Shown one piece after another: positions 52,237 through 60,694 of a DNA stretch of 64,000 nucleotides. This DNA is from an uncultured Chloroflexia bacterium (GTDB taxonomy: Bacteria > Chloroflexota > Anaerolineae > JAAYZQ01): NCBI GenBank assembly GCA_963700285.1, contig CAVOXA010000010.1, forward strand, positions 1,568,001-1,632,000, given 5' to 3'. The translations under genes were made by a program, and so were the position numbers. The notes below the pieces were generated by a model that saw nothing but the letters and a program-made list of their open reading frames with translations, searched no databases and was not told where the DNA came from. Position 1 is the stretch's first letter; each line of letters starts with the position of its first letter.

Positions 52237-53379
52237 TCATGAATAGCGCTGGCCGACAATGCGCAGGGACACTACCCCCATCACAATGCTCAGGGCTACC
52301 AGAGCTGTCACTTGGGGCCACAGCTCCCGCAACCCTGCCCCTTTGAGCATGATGCTGCGGATGATAATCAGGTAGTGTTGGAGAGGCGCGAAGCGAGAGA
52401 TAAACTGTAGAAAGGACGGCATGTTTTTGACCGGTACCATAAAACCGGAGAAAGCAATCTCTATCATGGCCAGAATAAAGACAAAGAGGATCGCCTGTTG
52501 CTGGGTACGGGAGATGGCCGAGATGACCATGCCCCAGCTCACTACTGTCGCGACAAAGAGTAGGGTCAAGGCTGCTAGCAAAAACACGGAACCATTCATC
52601 GGTACTTGAAATACGAGCAAACTGATGGCCCACATGATGGCAAAATTCAGGCTACCAATGGCAAGGGCCGGGATGCCCTTGCCCAAAGCCAGTTCAAGGC
52701 GACGCAATGGTGTCACCATCAACTGCTCCAGTGTGCCGAGTTCACGTTCGCGTGCCAGGCCAAGGGATGCGATTGCCAAGGTGACTTGGTAGGTGATAAA
52801 GCCCAGTTGAGCAGGAATGGAGAAATCACGAAAGTCCATCGAGGGGTTGAAGCGTATGTCGGTTCGGAAATCGATAAACTCGGTGGAAACCAGGCCATAA
52901 TTGGCGGCAAGATCCGCCGTCAGGCGGCCTACCGCGCCTGTAGCAGCGCCGAGGGTTGTAGAGGCGGCTAGCGTATTGGTTGCATCGGCGATGATACCGA
53001 CTTGTATCGGAGCAACGGCTCCCGTCTTCTGTTGTGGTGAACGGGCGTTGGTTAGCTCCTGCGAAAAGCCTGCAGGAATGACTACTGCCAGGTGGATGTC
53101 TCCCCGATCCATCAAGTTGCGTACTTGGTCCATGCTCTGAACATGGTAGACGATGTGTAACTCTTCGGTGTTATCCAGGTTGACCACGAGTTGGCGGCTG
53201 AGGCGGCCGTGATCCTGATCCAGAATTGCCACGGGCTGTTCGGTGATCCCGCGTTCGACATTCTGGGCCATGAGGATCAACTGCAGGGCAGGTGCCAAAA
53301 GGATAAAAACAGACAGCATTTTGTCACGCCTGAACTGGATCAGTTCTTTGATAATCAAGTTGCCTGTACGGATGATCAT
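52237..53379 (-). CDS. ABC-2 type transporter permease (YbhR-like)
   Basis: LIIKELIQFRRD, ARERELGTLEQLMVTPL..ELALGK, FSGFMVPVKNMP, PLQHYL.IIR.IMLKG. Confidence 0.9.
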   Translation of the reverse strand: MIIRTGNLIIKELIQFRRDKMLSVFILLAPALQLILMAQNVERGITEQPVAILDQDHGRLSRQLVVNLDNTEELHIVYHVQSMDQVRNLMDRGDIHLAVVIPAGFSQELTNARSPQQKTGAVAPIQVGIIADATNTLAASTTLGAATGAVGRLTADLAANYGLVSTEFIDFRTDIRFNPSMDFRDFSIPAQLGFITYQVTLAIASLGLARERELGTLEQLMVTPLRRLELALGKGIPALAIGSLNFAIMWAISLLVFQVPMNGSVFLLAALTLLFVATVVSWGMVISAISRTQQQAILFVFILAMIEIAFSGFMVPVKNMPSFLQFISRFAPLQHYLIIIRSIMLKGAGLRELWPQVTALVALSIVMGVVSLRIVGQRYS

Positions 53380-53409
53380 GTCTGAACCTTGCTCGTTTGC
53401 CGCTGGAAC

Positions 53410-54525
53410 CTAGCCTATTTTCTTCTGAAAGAGCGCCAGCCCGATCGCCATGGCGCCTATGCCCATGCCCAGGAGAATGAGGGTTGGCCGCAGTAGGCTT
53501 GCCGCCCCCAACCCTTTCAAAAACACGCCACGTCCGATCTCTACGAAATGGGTGGTAGGTAGGACATATGAGGTGAGAATGGCCTCCAACGACCCGGTAC
53601 CGATGGGTGTGATGAGCCCGGCCAGGAAAAAGCTGGGTACGAGAAAGACGAGCATGACGACGAACATGGCGCTCTGCTGGCTCTTGACAAAGTTGGCAAT
53701 GACGATTGCAGCACCCATGCAGGACATCAAATAAATACCGGCCAGCAGAAGGTAGACCAGCAGGCTGCCCCGGAAGGGCACCCTGAACCAGAGGACAGCC
53801 ACAAGCAGGGCAAGAACAGCGCTCACCAGGCCGGCGGTAATGTAGGCCAGGAGTTTTCCGTTCAAGTATTCCAACCCCGAGACGGGCGTGGCGACCAATC
53901 CTTCCAGCGTACCGGTTTCTTTTTCTCGGGTCAAAGCCAGGGCCAGGGCCATGGTGGGCATAATGAGAACAATCGCCAGCAGACCTGGCACCATGCTAAG
54001 CAACGATTCCAGGCCAGCATTGTACCAAGCCGCAGTACGTATTTCTACCGCTTGTCCCATCTGGGCCGCGGCAGTCATGCTTGCACCGGCCACGAATACT
54101 CTCGACCTGGCTTCCAATGCCATGAGCGCCTGCCTTCCGGCAAAGGGATCTGCACCATCCACAATGGCTTGTACTTGAGTTGGCTTGCTGCCTCGGATCT
54201 TTTCAGAGAAGTCAGGGGGAATGATCAGTACCGCGTCCACATCTCCACGCTTCAAAAGGGGCACGGCCTCTGTGTACCCTCTCAGGTGGTTGACCAACTT
54301 GAGGTCTTGGTCGCTGGTCAGATTGGCCAGATACGCTCGGGAAAGAGCGCTGCGATCAAGGTCCAACACCGCCATACTGAGCTGCCCAACATCGAAGGAA
54401 AAGACATATGAAAGCAGAAAAAGAAGCAAGGCAGGGGAAAACGCGACCAAAAAGAGGTTGCGCGGATCGCGGACAATATGGAGCATCTCTTTGCGTGCGA
54501 TGGCGGCCATGCGGCGAAGCGACAT
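53410..54525 (-). CDS. ABC-2 type transporter permease (YbhS-like)
   Basis: AIARKEMLHIVRDPR, WYNAGLES..MVPGL, TREKETGTLEGL..TPV, PTTHFVEI.RGVFLKG. Confidence 0.9.
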   Translation of the reverse strand: MSLRRMAAIARKEMLHIVRDPRNLFLVAFSPALLLFLLSYVFSFDVGQLSMAVLDLDRSALSRAYLANLTSDQDLKLVNHLRGYTEAVPLLKRGDVDAVLIIPPDFSEKIRGSKPTQVQAIVDGADPFAGRQALMALEARSRVFVAGASMTAAAQMGQAVEIRTAAWYNAGLESLLSMVPGLLAIVLIMPTMALALALTREKETGTLEGLVATPVSGLEYLNGKLLAYITAGLVSAVLALLVAVLWFRVPFRGSLLVYLLLAGIYLMSCMGAAIVIANFVKSQQSAMFVVMLVFLVPSFFLAGLITPIGTGSLEAILTSYVLPTTHFVEIGRGVFLKGLGAASLLRPTLILLGMGIGAMAIGLALFQKKIG

Positions 54526-54624
54526 ATACCGATGAACTCCTCAGCGGAAGAAACTGGTAGCCAGTATACCAACGCTCTCGGCTTCGGTCAAAGCAGATTG
54601 GGAGATGGGTGCCCTCAGATATAG

Positions 54625-54657
54625 AAAAAAGCTCCCACCCGCGCGGGTGGGAGCTTT
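54625..54657 (-). terminator. Intrinsic terminator after tRNA-Asn
   Basis: AAAGCTCCCACCC-GCGC-GGGTGGGAGCTTT with a T-run on the minus strand. Confidence 0.85.
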
Positions 54658-54732
54658 GGCTCCTCGGGTAGGACTTGAACCTACAACCAACCGGTTAACA
54701 GCCGGACGCTCTGCCGATTGAGCTACCGAGGA
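54657..54732 (-). tRNA. tRNA-Asn (GTT)
   Basis: TCCTCGGTAGCTCAATCGGCAGAGCGTCCGGCTGTTAACCGGTTGGTTGTAGGTTCAAGTCCTACCCGAGGAGCCA: 76 nt, cloverleaf, encoded CCA. Confidence 0.97.
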
Positions 54733-54742
54733 ATACGGTGTT

Positions 54743-54771
54743 ATTATACTTGAGCCGGCACGCAGTGTCAA
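54743..54771 (-). promoter_or_regulatory. Consensus sigma70 promoter of tRNA-Asn
   Basis: TTGACA-17bp-TATAAT on the minus strand. Confidence 0.85.
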
Positions 54772-54776
54772 ATAGT

Positions 54777-56123
54777 CTAGCCCAAGTAGTCACGGAGCTT
54801 GCGGCTGCGGAGGGGATGTCTGAGCTTGCGTAGGGCTTTGGCTTCGATCTGGCGGATGCGCTCTCGCGTGACGCCAAAAGCCACGCCTACTTCCTCCAAG
54901 GTATGAACCTGCCCATCCTTCAGCCCGAATCGCATCTCCAGTACCTGGCGTTCTCGGACGTTCAATGAGTTCAGGATGGTGCCCATCTGCTCGCGGAGCA
55001 ATTGCTTTGAGGCAGCGTCATCCGGCTCGGGCATTGTTTCATCCTTGATGAAATCGCCGAGATAACTATCTTCTTCGGAACTGATAGGAGTTTCCAGAGA
55101 CATTGGTTCCTGGGCGACCCGCATGATCTGCTCGACCCGATTGGTTGCCCGGCGCAGCTTCCGTATCATCATGGGATCTAGTCGCTCATCATTAACCTGG
55201 GCCGAAAGAATGGCCTCCCGTTCTCCGTCATCCAAGCCAACAAACCTCTCCATGGCTGGATCCAGAGCGATGTCCTCGGGATTTGGATCGCGACCCAACT
55301 CCTGCTGCAATCGCCGCTGGGTGCGTACGAGATGACTGATGGTTTCCACCATGTGAACCGGGAGCCGGATGGTCCGAGCCTGGTCGGCAATCGCTCGGCT
55401 TATTGCCTGGCGGATCCACCAAGTGGCGTAGGTAGAGAACTTGTAGCCTAGCGTGTGGTCAAACTTTTCTACCGCTCTCAAGAGGCCAATGTTTCCCTCT
55501 TGGATCAGGTCTTGAAAAGACATGGACCGCCCCATGTAGCGTTTGGCCACACTCACAACCAGGCGCAGATTGGCTTCCGCCAAACGCTGGCGAGCCTGTA
55601 TCCCGCGCTCTTGCCGGGCTTTGAGGATTTCCAGTTCGGACGGAGGCAGGGAACCATCATTGGCCAGTTGCTGCTTAGCTTCATTGCCGTCCTGAATCGC
55701 TTGGGCTAGCCTGCCTTCATCCTCTGCGGTGAGCAGGGATACCTGGCCAATCTCCCTCAGGTACATGCGGATTGGATCGCTGCTAACCTCAAAATCACGG
55801 GACAACTCGTCCAAAGGGTTCTCTTCCTCAACTTCCTTCTCAATCTCTTTTTCGAGTGCCCTCAGATCTGTGAGTTGAGGTTCCTCGTCTTCTTCGCCCT
55901 GGCGCATGACCATGTCGAGATCTAGAAAGAAATTGCGCAGACGTTTTCCATCAGCATTGGACTCGGCAGATGGCAACACCTCATCCTCGATACTGCCAGT
56001 ATCGTCGAGGGTCGATTCCGGGATCAATCCCATATCTATGCTCACCTGGCCTGCATCAGGCTGCGGTACAGAGGATTGTGATTGTCGTTCGCGAGTGAAT
56101 TCCTCAGTCATATGTACGACCAA
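54777..56123 (-). CDS. rpoD: Primary RNA polymerase sigma-70 factor (start may be 56111)
   Basis: [102 protein letters not shown]. Confidence 0.95.
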   Translation of the reverse strand: MVVHMTEEFTRERQSQSSVPQPDAGQVSIDMGLIPESTLDDTGSIEDEVLPSAESNADGKRLRNFFLDLDMVMRQGEEDEEPQLTDLRALEKEIEKEVEEENPLDELSRDFEVSSDPIRMYLREIGQVSLLTAEDEGRLAQAIQDGNEAKQQLANDGSLPPSELEILKARQERGIQARQRLAEANLRLVVSVAKRYMGRSMSFQDLIQEGNIGLLRAVEKFDHTLGYKFSTYATWWIRQAISRAIADQARTIRLPVHMVETISHLVRTQRRLQQELGRDPNPEDIALDPAMERFVGLDDGEREAILSAQVNDERLDPMMIRKLRRATNRVEQIMRVAQEPMSLETPISSEEDSYLGDFIKDETMPEPDDAASKQLLREQMGTILNSLNVRERQVLEMRFGLKDGQVHTLEEVGVAFGVTRERIRQIEAKALRKLRHPLRSRKLRDYLG

Positions 56124-56179
56124 TACCCATAGGTCTTATGCGCGTCGGAGCGCGGTGGCGATTCTGCCGCTTCCTGGGT

Positions 56180-58204
56180 TCACTCTTCGCCAAGGGGAAC
56201 CCGGACTGCTGCGTCCTCGCGCTGGCGGCGTCCTGAGATGGACCTGGCGCTCATCGACCTTTCGAGCTGCAAGAAACGCATATTTAACTCAACCGTCAGT
56301 TGGCCATAGCCTCGAGAGGTATCACGATCACCTGACTCCTGTGCGTCTACTTGCAGGAACTGCAGTTCTTCGATCTGGCGCCGCAGATTTCGCAGACGTA
56401 GCTTTGTGATGGCGTCAACAATCTGGTTCTTGACCAGGTCCTCCGGCGCCGGCGGCTGAGTTTCCTGGAACTGGGCCAAAGTATCAATCCGGTTTTGTAG
56501 ATTCTCATCGAGCGTATCGTAAAACTCTCCGCGGACGTCCAGCAGGCCGCTGCCCGTGGGAATGGGTTGTCCGAGCCACCGCCGCCACGCAGCCAGGATG
56601 GCGCGGTCATCCGGCCGGCTCAAGTCCTCAGGCATCAATGCTGCGTCTCCGCTGTCTTGTAGGGCTTTGTCGGTCTGGATCAGCAAATTGGGGTGGGTCA
56701 GAACGGCGGACAGACAGTATTCGTCCTGCCCCATAGGTTTCTTATGCCCACCCTCACCGGGCTGTCGGGACTGGCGTGGGTCGGAGCCCCTTTGCGTATA
56801 GGGGCGTGCTGGTCGATCCGGCAGCTTGCGACCCACTGGCAACTCGTGGACGAGGCGTTGGATCTGCTGCCATAGATCCCGTTCATCTACCTGAATCATG
56901 CGAGCCAATTGTTGGAGGTAATGAGTCCTTTGAACCCGATCGCCCAGTTCGGCAATGAGAGGGCCAAGTCGGCGAGTGGCTTCGGCCTTGCCCTTTGCAG
57001 TAGCCAGATCCAGGTCAGTCGTGAGAGCCTCAAAGTAGTAATCCATAACCGGCTTGGCTCCGGCCACCAGCCGTGCCCAATGGGCTGGGTCTTTGTGGAT
57101 TACTTGGTCGGGGTCCTGATCCGGTGGCAGCGAGATGATCCGGATATCGGCTGCCAGCCGGTCCTCGAAGTGGATCAGGCCCCGGGCCGTGGGCACTGGT
57201 ACAACTTCGCGGTCCATCACTTGACGGGCCACATCCAAACCGCGCAAGGTTGCCTGGTCGCCAGCTGCGTCGGAATCGAGAGCCAAGATAAAACGTTGTG
57301 TATAGCGTTTCAGTCGCTGGAGTTGTGCCTCTGTGAGCGCCGTACCCATCTGGGCAACTAGATTGTTGATGCCGTGTTGATGGGCCATCAATACGTCCAT
57401 GTACCCTTCAACAATGACCGCTTCGCCCGTCGTGCGGATGCCCGCTCTGGCCAGATCCAGCCCAAAGAGTACGCGACTTTTGTCAAACAACGGCGACTGG
57501 GGCGAGTTTAGGTACTTGGGCACGCCGTCGCCCAGAACCCGTCCCCCAAAACCTATGGTTCGACCCTGGTGATCACGGATGGGAAAGACGATCCGACCCC
57601 GGAAACGATCATAGTAGCCTCTGCCAGTGACTTGCTGACCGGCCTTCTCTCGCTCGACAATCAGACCTGCTTCGGCAATATCGGCCGGGGAGTAGCCCTT
57701 GTTGCGCAGATACTCGAACAATGCATCCCAAGAATCAAGGGCATATCCAACCTGGAAGCGTTCGATAGTTTCCCTGTTTAGCCCCCGTTCGTCCAGGTAG
57801 GCCCGCGCTCGAGCTGCCTCATCGCTATCGAGAAGAAGGTAGTGAAAGTAAGCCGCAGCCGTCTGATTAATGTCGCGCAGCAGATCCTGTCGCTGCTCGG
57901 CTGCATCTGCCTGCGGACTGGCAGGCTCCAATTCGACGCCAGTGCGTTGGGCCAGCATCTTTAGCGCCTCGCCAAAGTCGAGGTTCTCCTGCTTCATGAT
58001 AAAGGTGAATACGTCACCCCCCGTGCCACAGGCGCCAAAACAGTGCCACGTGCCTGTATGAGGGAATACAACGAACGAAGGCGTCTTTTCAGCGTGGAAG
58101 GGACAGAGTCCCTTGTAGCTGCGCCCTGCCTTTTTCAAGGGCACGTATGACTGGATCACTTCAACAATGTCCAGACGGTCTTTGACTTGGTCCACAACAC
58201 TCAT
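56180..58204 (-). CDS. dnaG: DNA primase
   Basis: CPFHAEKTPSF..HCFGAC, YYDRFRGRIVFPI, GFGGR, PKYLNSPQ, VEGYMDV, LDSDAAG, DPD. Confidence 0.97.
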   Translation of the reverse strand: MSVVDQVKDRLDIVEVIQSYVPLKKAGRSYKGLCPFHAEKTPSFVVFPHTGTWHCFGACGTGGDVFTFIMKQENLDFGEALKMLAQRTGVELEPASPQADAAEQRQDLLRDINQTAAAYFHYLLLDSDEAARARAYLDERGLNRETIERFQVGYALDSWDALFEYLRNKGYSPADIAEAGLIVEREKAGQQVTGRGYYDRFRGRIVFPIRDHQGRTIGFGGRVLGDGVPKYLNSPQSPLFDKSRVLFGLDLARAGIRTTGEAVIVEGYMDVLMAHQHGINNLVAQMGTALTEAQLQRLKRYTQRFILALDSDAAGDQATLRGLDVARQVMDREVVPVPTARGLIHFEDRLAADIRIISLPPDQDPDQVIHKDPAHWARLVAGAKPVMDYYFEALTTDLDLATAKGKAEATRRLGPLIAELGDRVQRTHYLQQLARMIQVDERDLWQQIQRLVHELPVGRKLPDRPARPYTQRGSDPRQSRQPGEGGHKKPMGQDEYCLSAVLTHPNLLIQTDKALQDSGDAALMPEDLSRPDDRAILAAWRRWLGQPIPTGSGLLDVRGEFYDTLDENLQNRIDTLAQFQETQPPAPEDLVKNQIVDAITKLRLRNLRRQIEELQFLQVDAQESGDRDTSRGYGQLTVELNMRFLQLERSMSARSISGRRQREDAAVRVPLGEE

Positions 58205-58507
58205 CTTGACTTATATTCCAGGACGCTGACAAGGATGGCTGACAAACGGGCCGGTAGACTGGCTTCTTTGACTGATTTAGAAACGATTGCCCAGACACAA
58301 TACGAACCGCGTACCAGGCCAGATACATTCTACCACAGAACGGCGGGGCAGCCAAAGACGAACAGCTTGCCAGGCAATGCCTGGCCTGGCTGCTTTGGGG
58401 GTACTCTGTGTGGTGAGGTCTGAATCGTACTAGCGCTGATCAGCAATCCCACTGCGCTGATCTGTGGAAGTAGACCAACTTTCCACCCCGCTGTCCGACT
58501 CTCGGTC

Positions 58508-58846
58508 TTACTCGTACGACTCGTACACGTAGTCTTGGTCGTCGTAATCTTGGGAGCTAGAGCCTACTCCCATGATCATGAGTACGACGCCCAGGACGAG
58601 GATCATGAGGGCTATCGTCCCAATGCAGCAGATTGGCCCCTCAGCCAAGAACATGTATAGAGGATGGCTTGAGCCCAGCGTCGTGCCAAGCCAATCGCCC
58701 CACAGCCATGTCGAGGCCGCGGATACCTGAAATACTGCGCCAACAATGGAATAGATGCTGCTTATGAGGTAGGGCAGGAGAAGGCAGCCAAGCATCAGTC
58801 CCAATGTAGCGAAAATGCAGCCAACACCACATCCTCGTCGTTCCAT
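58508..58846 (-). CDS. Hypothetical small membrane protein
   Basis: AAGGA RBS, two hydrophobic segments, Cys-Gly N-terminus and acidic tail. Confidence 0.65.
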   Translation of the reverse strand: MERRGCGVGCIFATLGLMLGCLLLPYLISSIYSIVGAVFQVSAASTWLWGDWLGTTLGSSHPLYMFLAEGPICCIGTIALMILVLGVVLMIMGVGSSSQDYDDQDYVYESYE

Positions 58847-58928
58847 GAGATTGTTCCTTCGTTCCTCAGGCAAGGTTTTCGCTCTTTAGGGCCAGTCCTT
58901 GCCCGTGCCTTCTACAGATACCAGGAAG

Positions 58929-58957
58929 AAAACCCCCGACAGGGGTCGGGGGGAAAA
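58929..58957 (-). terminator. Terminator downstream of carD
   Basis: CCCCCGAC-AGGG-GTCGGGGG hairpin followed by TTTTCTT on the minus strand. Confidence 0.6.
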
Positions 58958-59066
58958 GGTACAAGACCACTTGGCGACGAGAACTGGCTCACTATGCCTG
59001 CAAAAGATCTCTGAGCCGCAACTCGTCAGCGAATAGAAAGAATTCTTGCGCGAGAGGATTGCATGC

Positions 59067-59588
59067 TCAGACCTGAAGATCAGCTAATTGGTCGGCCTCC
59101 TCGCGTACCGCCTTTGCCAGGATGGCCTGAATTTGCTCGTGGGCTGCCTTCAAGTCGATTTCCTCGACCAGAGCCACTTCGCCAGCAACCAATTCTTCAG
59201 CACGCTGCATGAGCTGAGTGTCCCGCTTGGTCAAGTTGTGGAGTTGGCCATGCCATGCCAGGTCGCGGAGCGCCTCGGCTGTAGTAAAAACGTCACCGAT
59301 TCTGAGTCGCTCCTCAACCTCGGTTTGGCGCTCCTTGAAATCTTCGGACAATGCCTGGGGCGTTTCTGTTAGGGAACGGAGTAGTTTCTCCAACAATGCG
59401 AGACTGACGGCTGGCCGCAGACCAACATCATCGGCTTTGGCCACGGGGGTCATCAGTGTCCCGCCCCCAGACTGCATGTCGATAACATAGTAGCGTTTGG
59501 CCTCCCCAATTACCTGGCGGCGTTCAACATCCCTGATGATACCAGGTCCATATCCTGGATGAATCACCTTATCTCCGACTGAATACAT
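59067..59588 (-). CDS. carD: CarD-family transcription factor
   Basis: YSVGDKVIHPGYGPGII..YYVI..LMTPV....VGLRP, R....EERLR.GDV..AE.LRDL. Confidence 0.88.
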   Translation of the reverse strand: MYSVGDKVIHPGYGPGIIRDVERRQVIGEAKRYYVIDMQSGGGTLMTPVAKADDVGLRPAVSLALLEKLLRSLTETPQALSEDFKERQTEVEERLRIGDVFTTAEALRDLAWHGQLHNLTKRDTQLMQRAEELVAGEVALVEEIDLKAAHEQIQAILAKAVREEADQLADLQV

Positions 59589-59667
59589 GGCCGCCTCTTT
59601 TCTTCGCTTCGCTCAAGGACAGATGAGCATCTGTCCGCCCATCAAGACCAAGACAAGAGCGTCACAG

Positions 59668-59916
59668 CTATCCGGCCGTTGTGACAGGGCGTTCCTTGTA
59701 GCGGTAGGTGATCCTTCCCCTCGTCAGGTCATAAGGTGAAAGCTCAACCAACACCCGGTCGCCCAACAACACTCGGATATAGTACTTGCGCATCTTGCCC
59801 GCGAGGTAGGCCAGTACTTCATAATCGTTGTCTAACTTGACTTTGAACTGGGTGCCCGGGAGGCAATCTACTACAGTTCCCCTCAATTCGATCTTTTCGT
59901 TGCTTTCTTTGGCCAA
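59668..59916 (-). CDS. infA: Translation initiation factor IF-1
   Basis: AGGAGG RBS then [63 protein letters not shown]. Confidence 0.96.
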   Translation of the reverse strand: MAKESNEKIELRGTVVDCLPGTQFKVKLDNDYEVLAYLAGKMRKYYIRVLLGDRVLVELSPYDLTRGRITYRYKERPVTTAG

Positions 59917-59950
59917 ACGAACCTCCTGTTTGCTTGATCGCGGTGGGATG

Positions 59951-60163
59951 CTAACGAGAACGCACCCTCGCATCTATCTGTCGCTGTTTGCGCCGCGCCC
60001 GGCGAATGGACCTTTGCTTTTGGATCCGACGCTTTTCGCTGGGAGAGACATACCAACGCTTGCGCCGAACCTCGCTCAGAATCCGATCCTGCATAACCGA
60101 TTTTCTGAAGCGCTTGAGCAGGGCCTCCTGCGACTCACCATCTCTCAGACTCACTGTTGCCAA
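59951..60163 (-). CDS. rpsU: 30S ribosomal protein S21
   Basis: AAGGAGGTG RBS then [22 protein letters not shown]....[19 protein letters not shown]. Confidence 0.93.
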   Translation of the reverse strand: MATVSLRDGESQEALLKRFRKSVMQDRILSEVRRKRWYVSPSEKRRIQKQRSIRRARRKQRQIDARVRSR

Positions 60164-60537
60164 TATGTTCACCTCCTTTCCACAATAAATCTCGGTTTAT
60201 CACTCTAGTTTAGTCTGAACTCAGCGTCTACCCACACCAGGCATGGAAAACCCGGTTTGCTCGCCCATAGCACGCTGGGTGGCAACCGGGTCCTCTAAAC
60301 CCGAACCGTTGACCTCAGCGCCGTTGTCCAGTTTGAAAACCTGGGTCCCCGGCGACTGCACCGCAGCACAAAGGACCGTGGTATGGCAACGGCGCTCCGC
60401 AGGCATTGGCTCACTTTACATGGCGTCGTTCTCCTCAGCCTGGATTGCAGAAACTGCCAGGCTGCGTGCCAGTTTTGCGTCCGCAGTCCACCCCAACGCG
60501 GATAGAGCGTGCACCATACGTGCCTGGTACACAACGT

Positions 60538-60566
60538 ATTATAGCAGATTCTTGCCAAAGCGTCAA
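60538..60566 (-). promoter_or_regulatory. sigma70 promoter for rpsU-infA-carD with a ~370-nt leader
   Basis: TTGACG-17bp-TATAAT with extended TG on the minus strand. Confidence 0.75.
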
Positions 60567-60694
60567 AGACAGCATGCCTTCTGGTGCTTATTGCTCACAA
60601 AGGCCATACCATACAATGGCAGACTCGAGCGATTCACGCAAGCCTGACTGACATCACGGCCCTCGATGCCTGGTTCGCGATTCGTTCAAGTATG

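Noticed and set aside
54657-54732. tRNA-Asn as the integration site for the 42-52 kb accessory region
   Set aside because: I found no duplicated tRNA 3' end downstream, its terminator is intact, and the duplications map to the 4Fe-4S gene instead.
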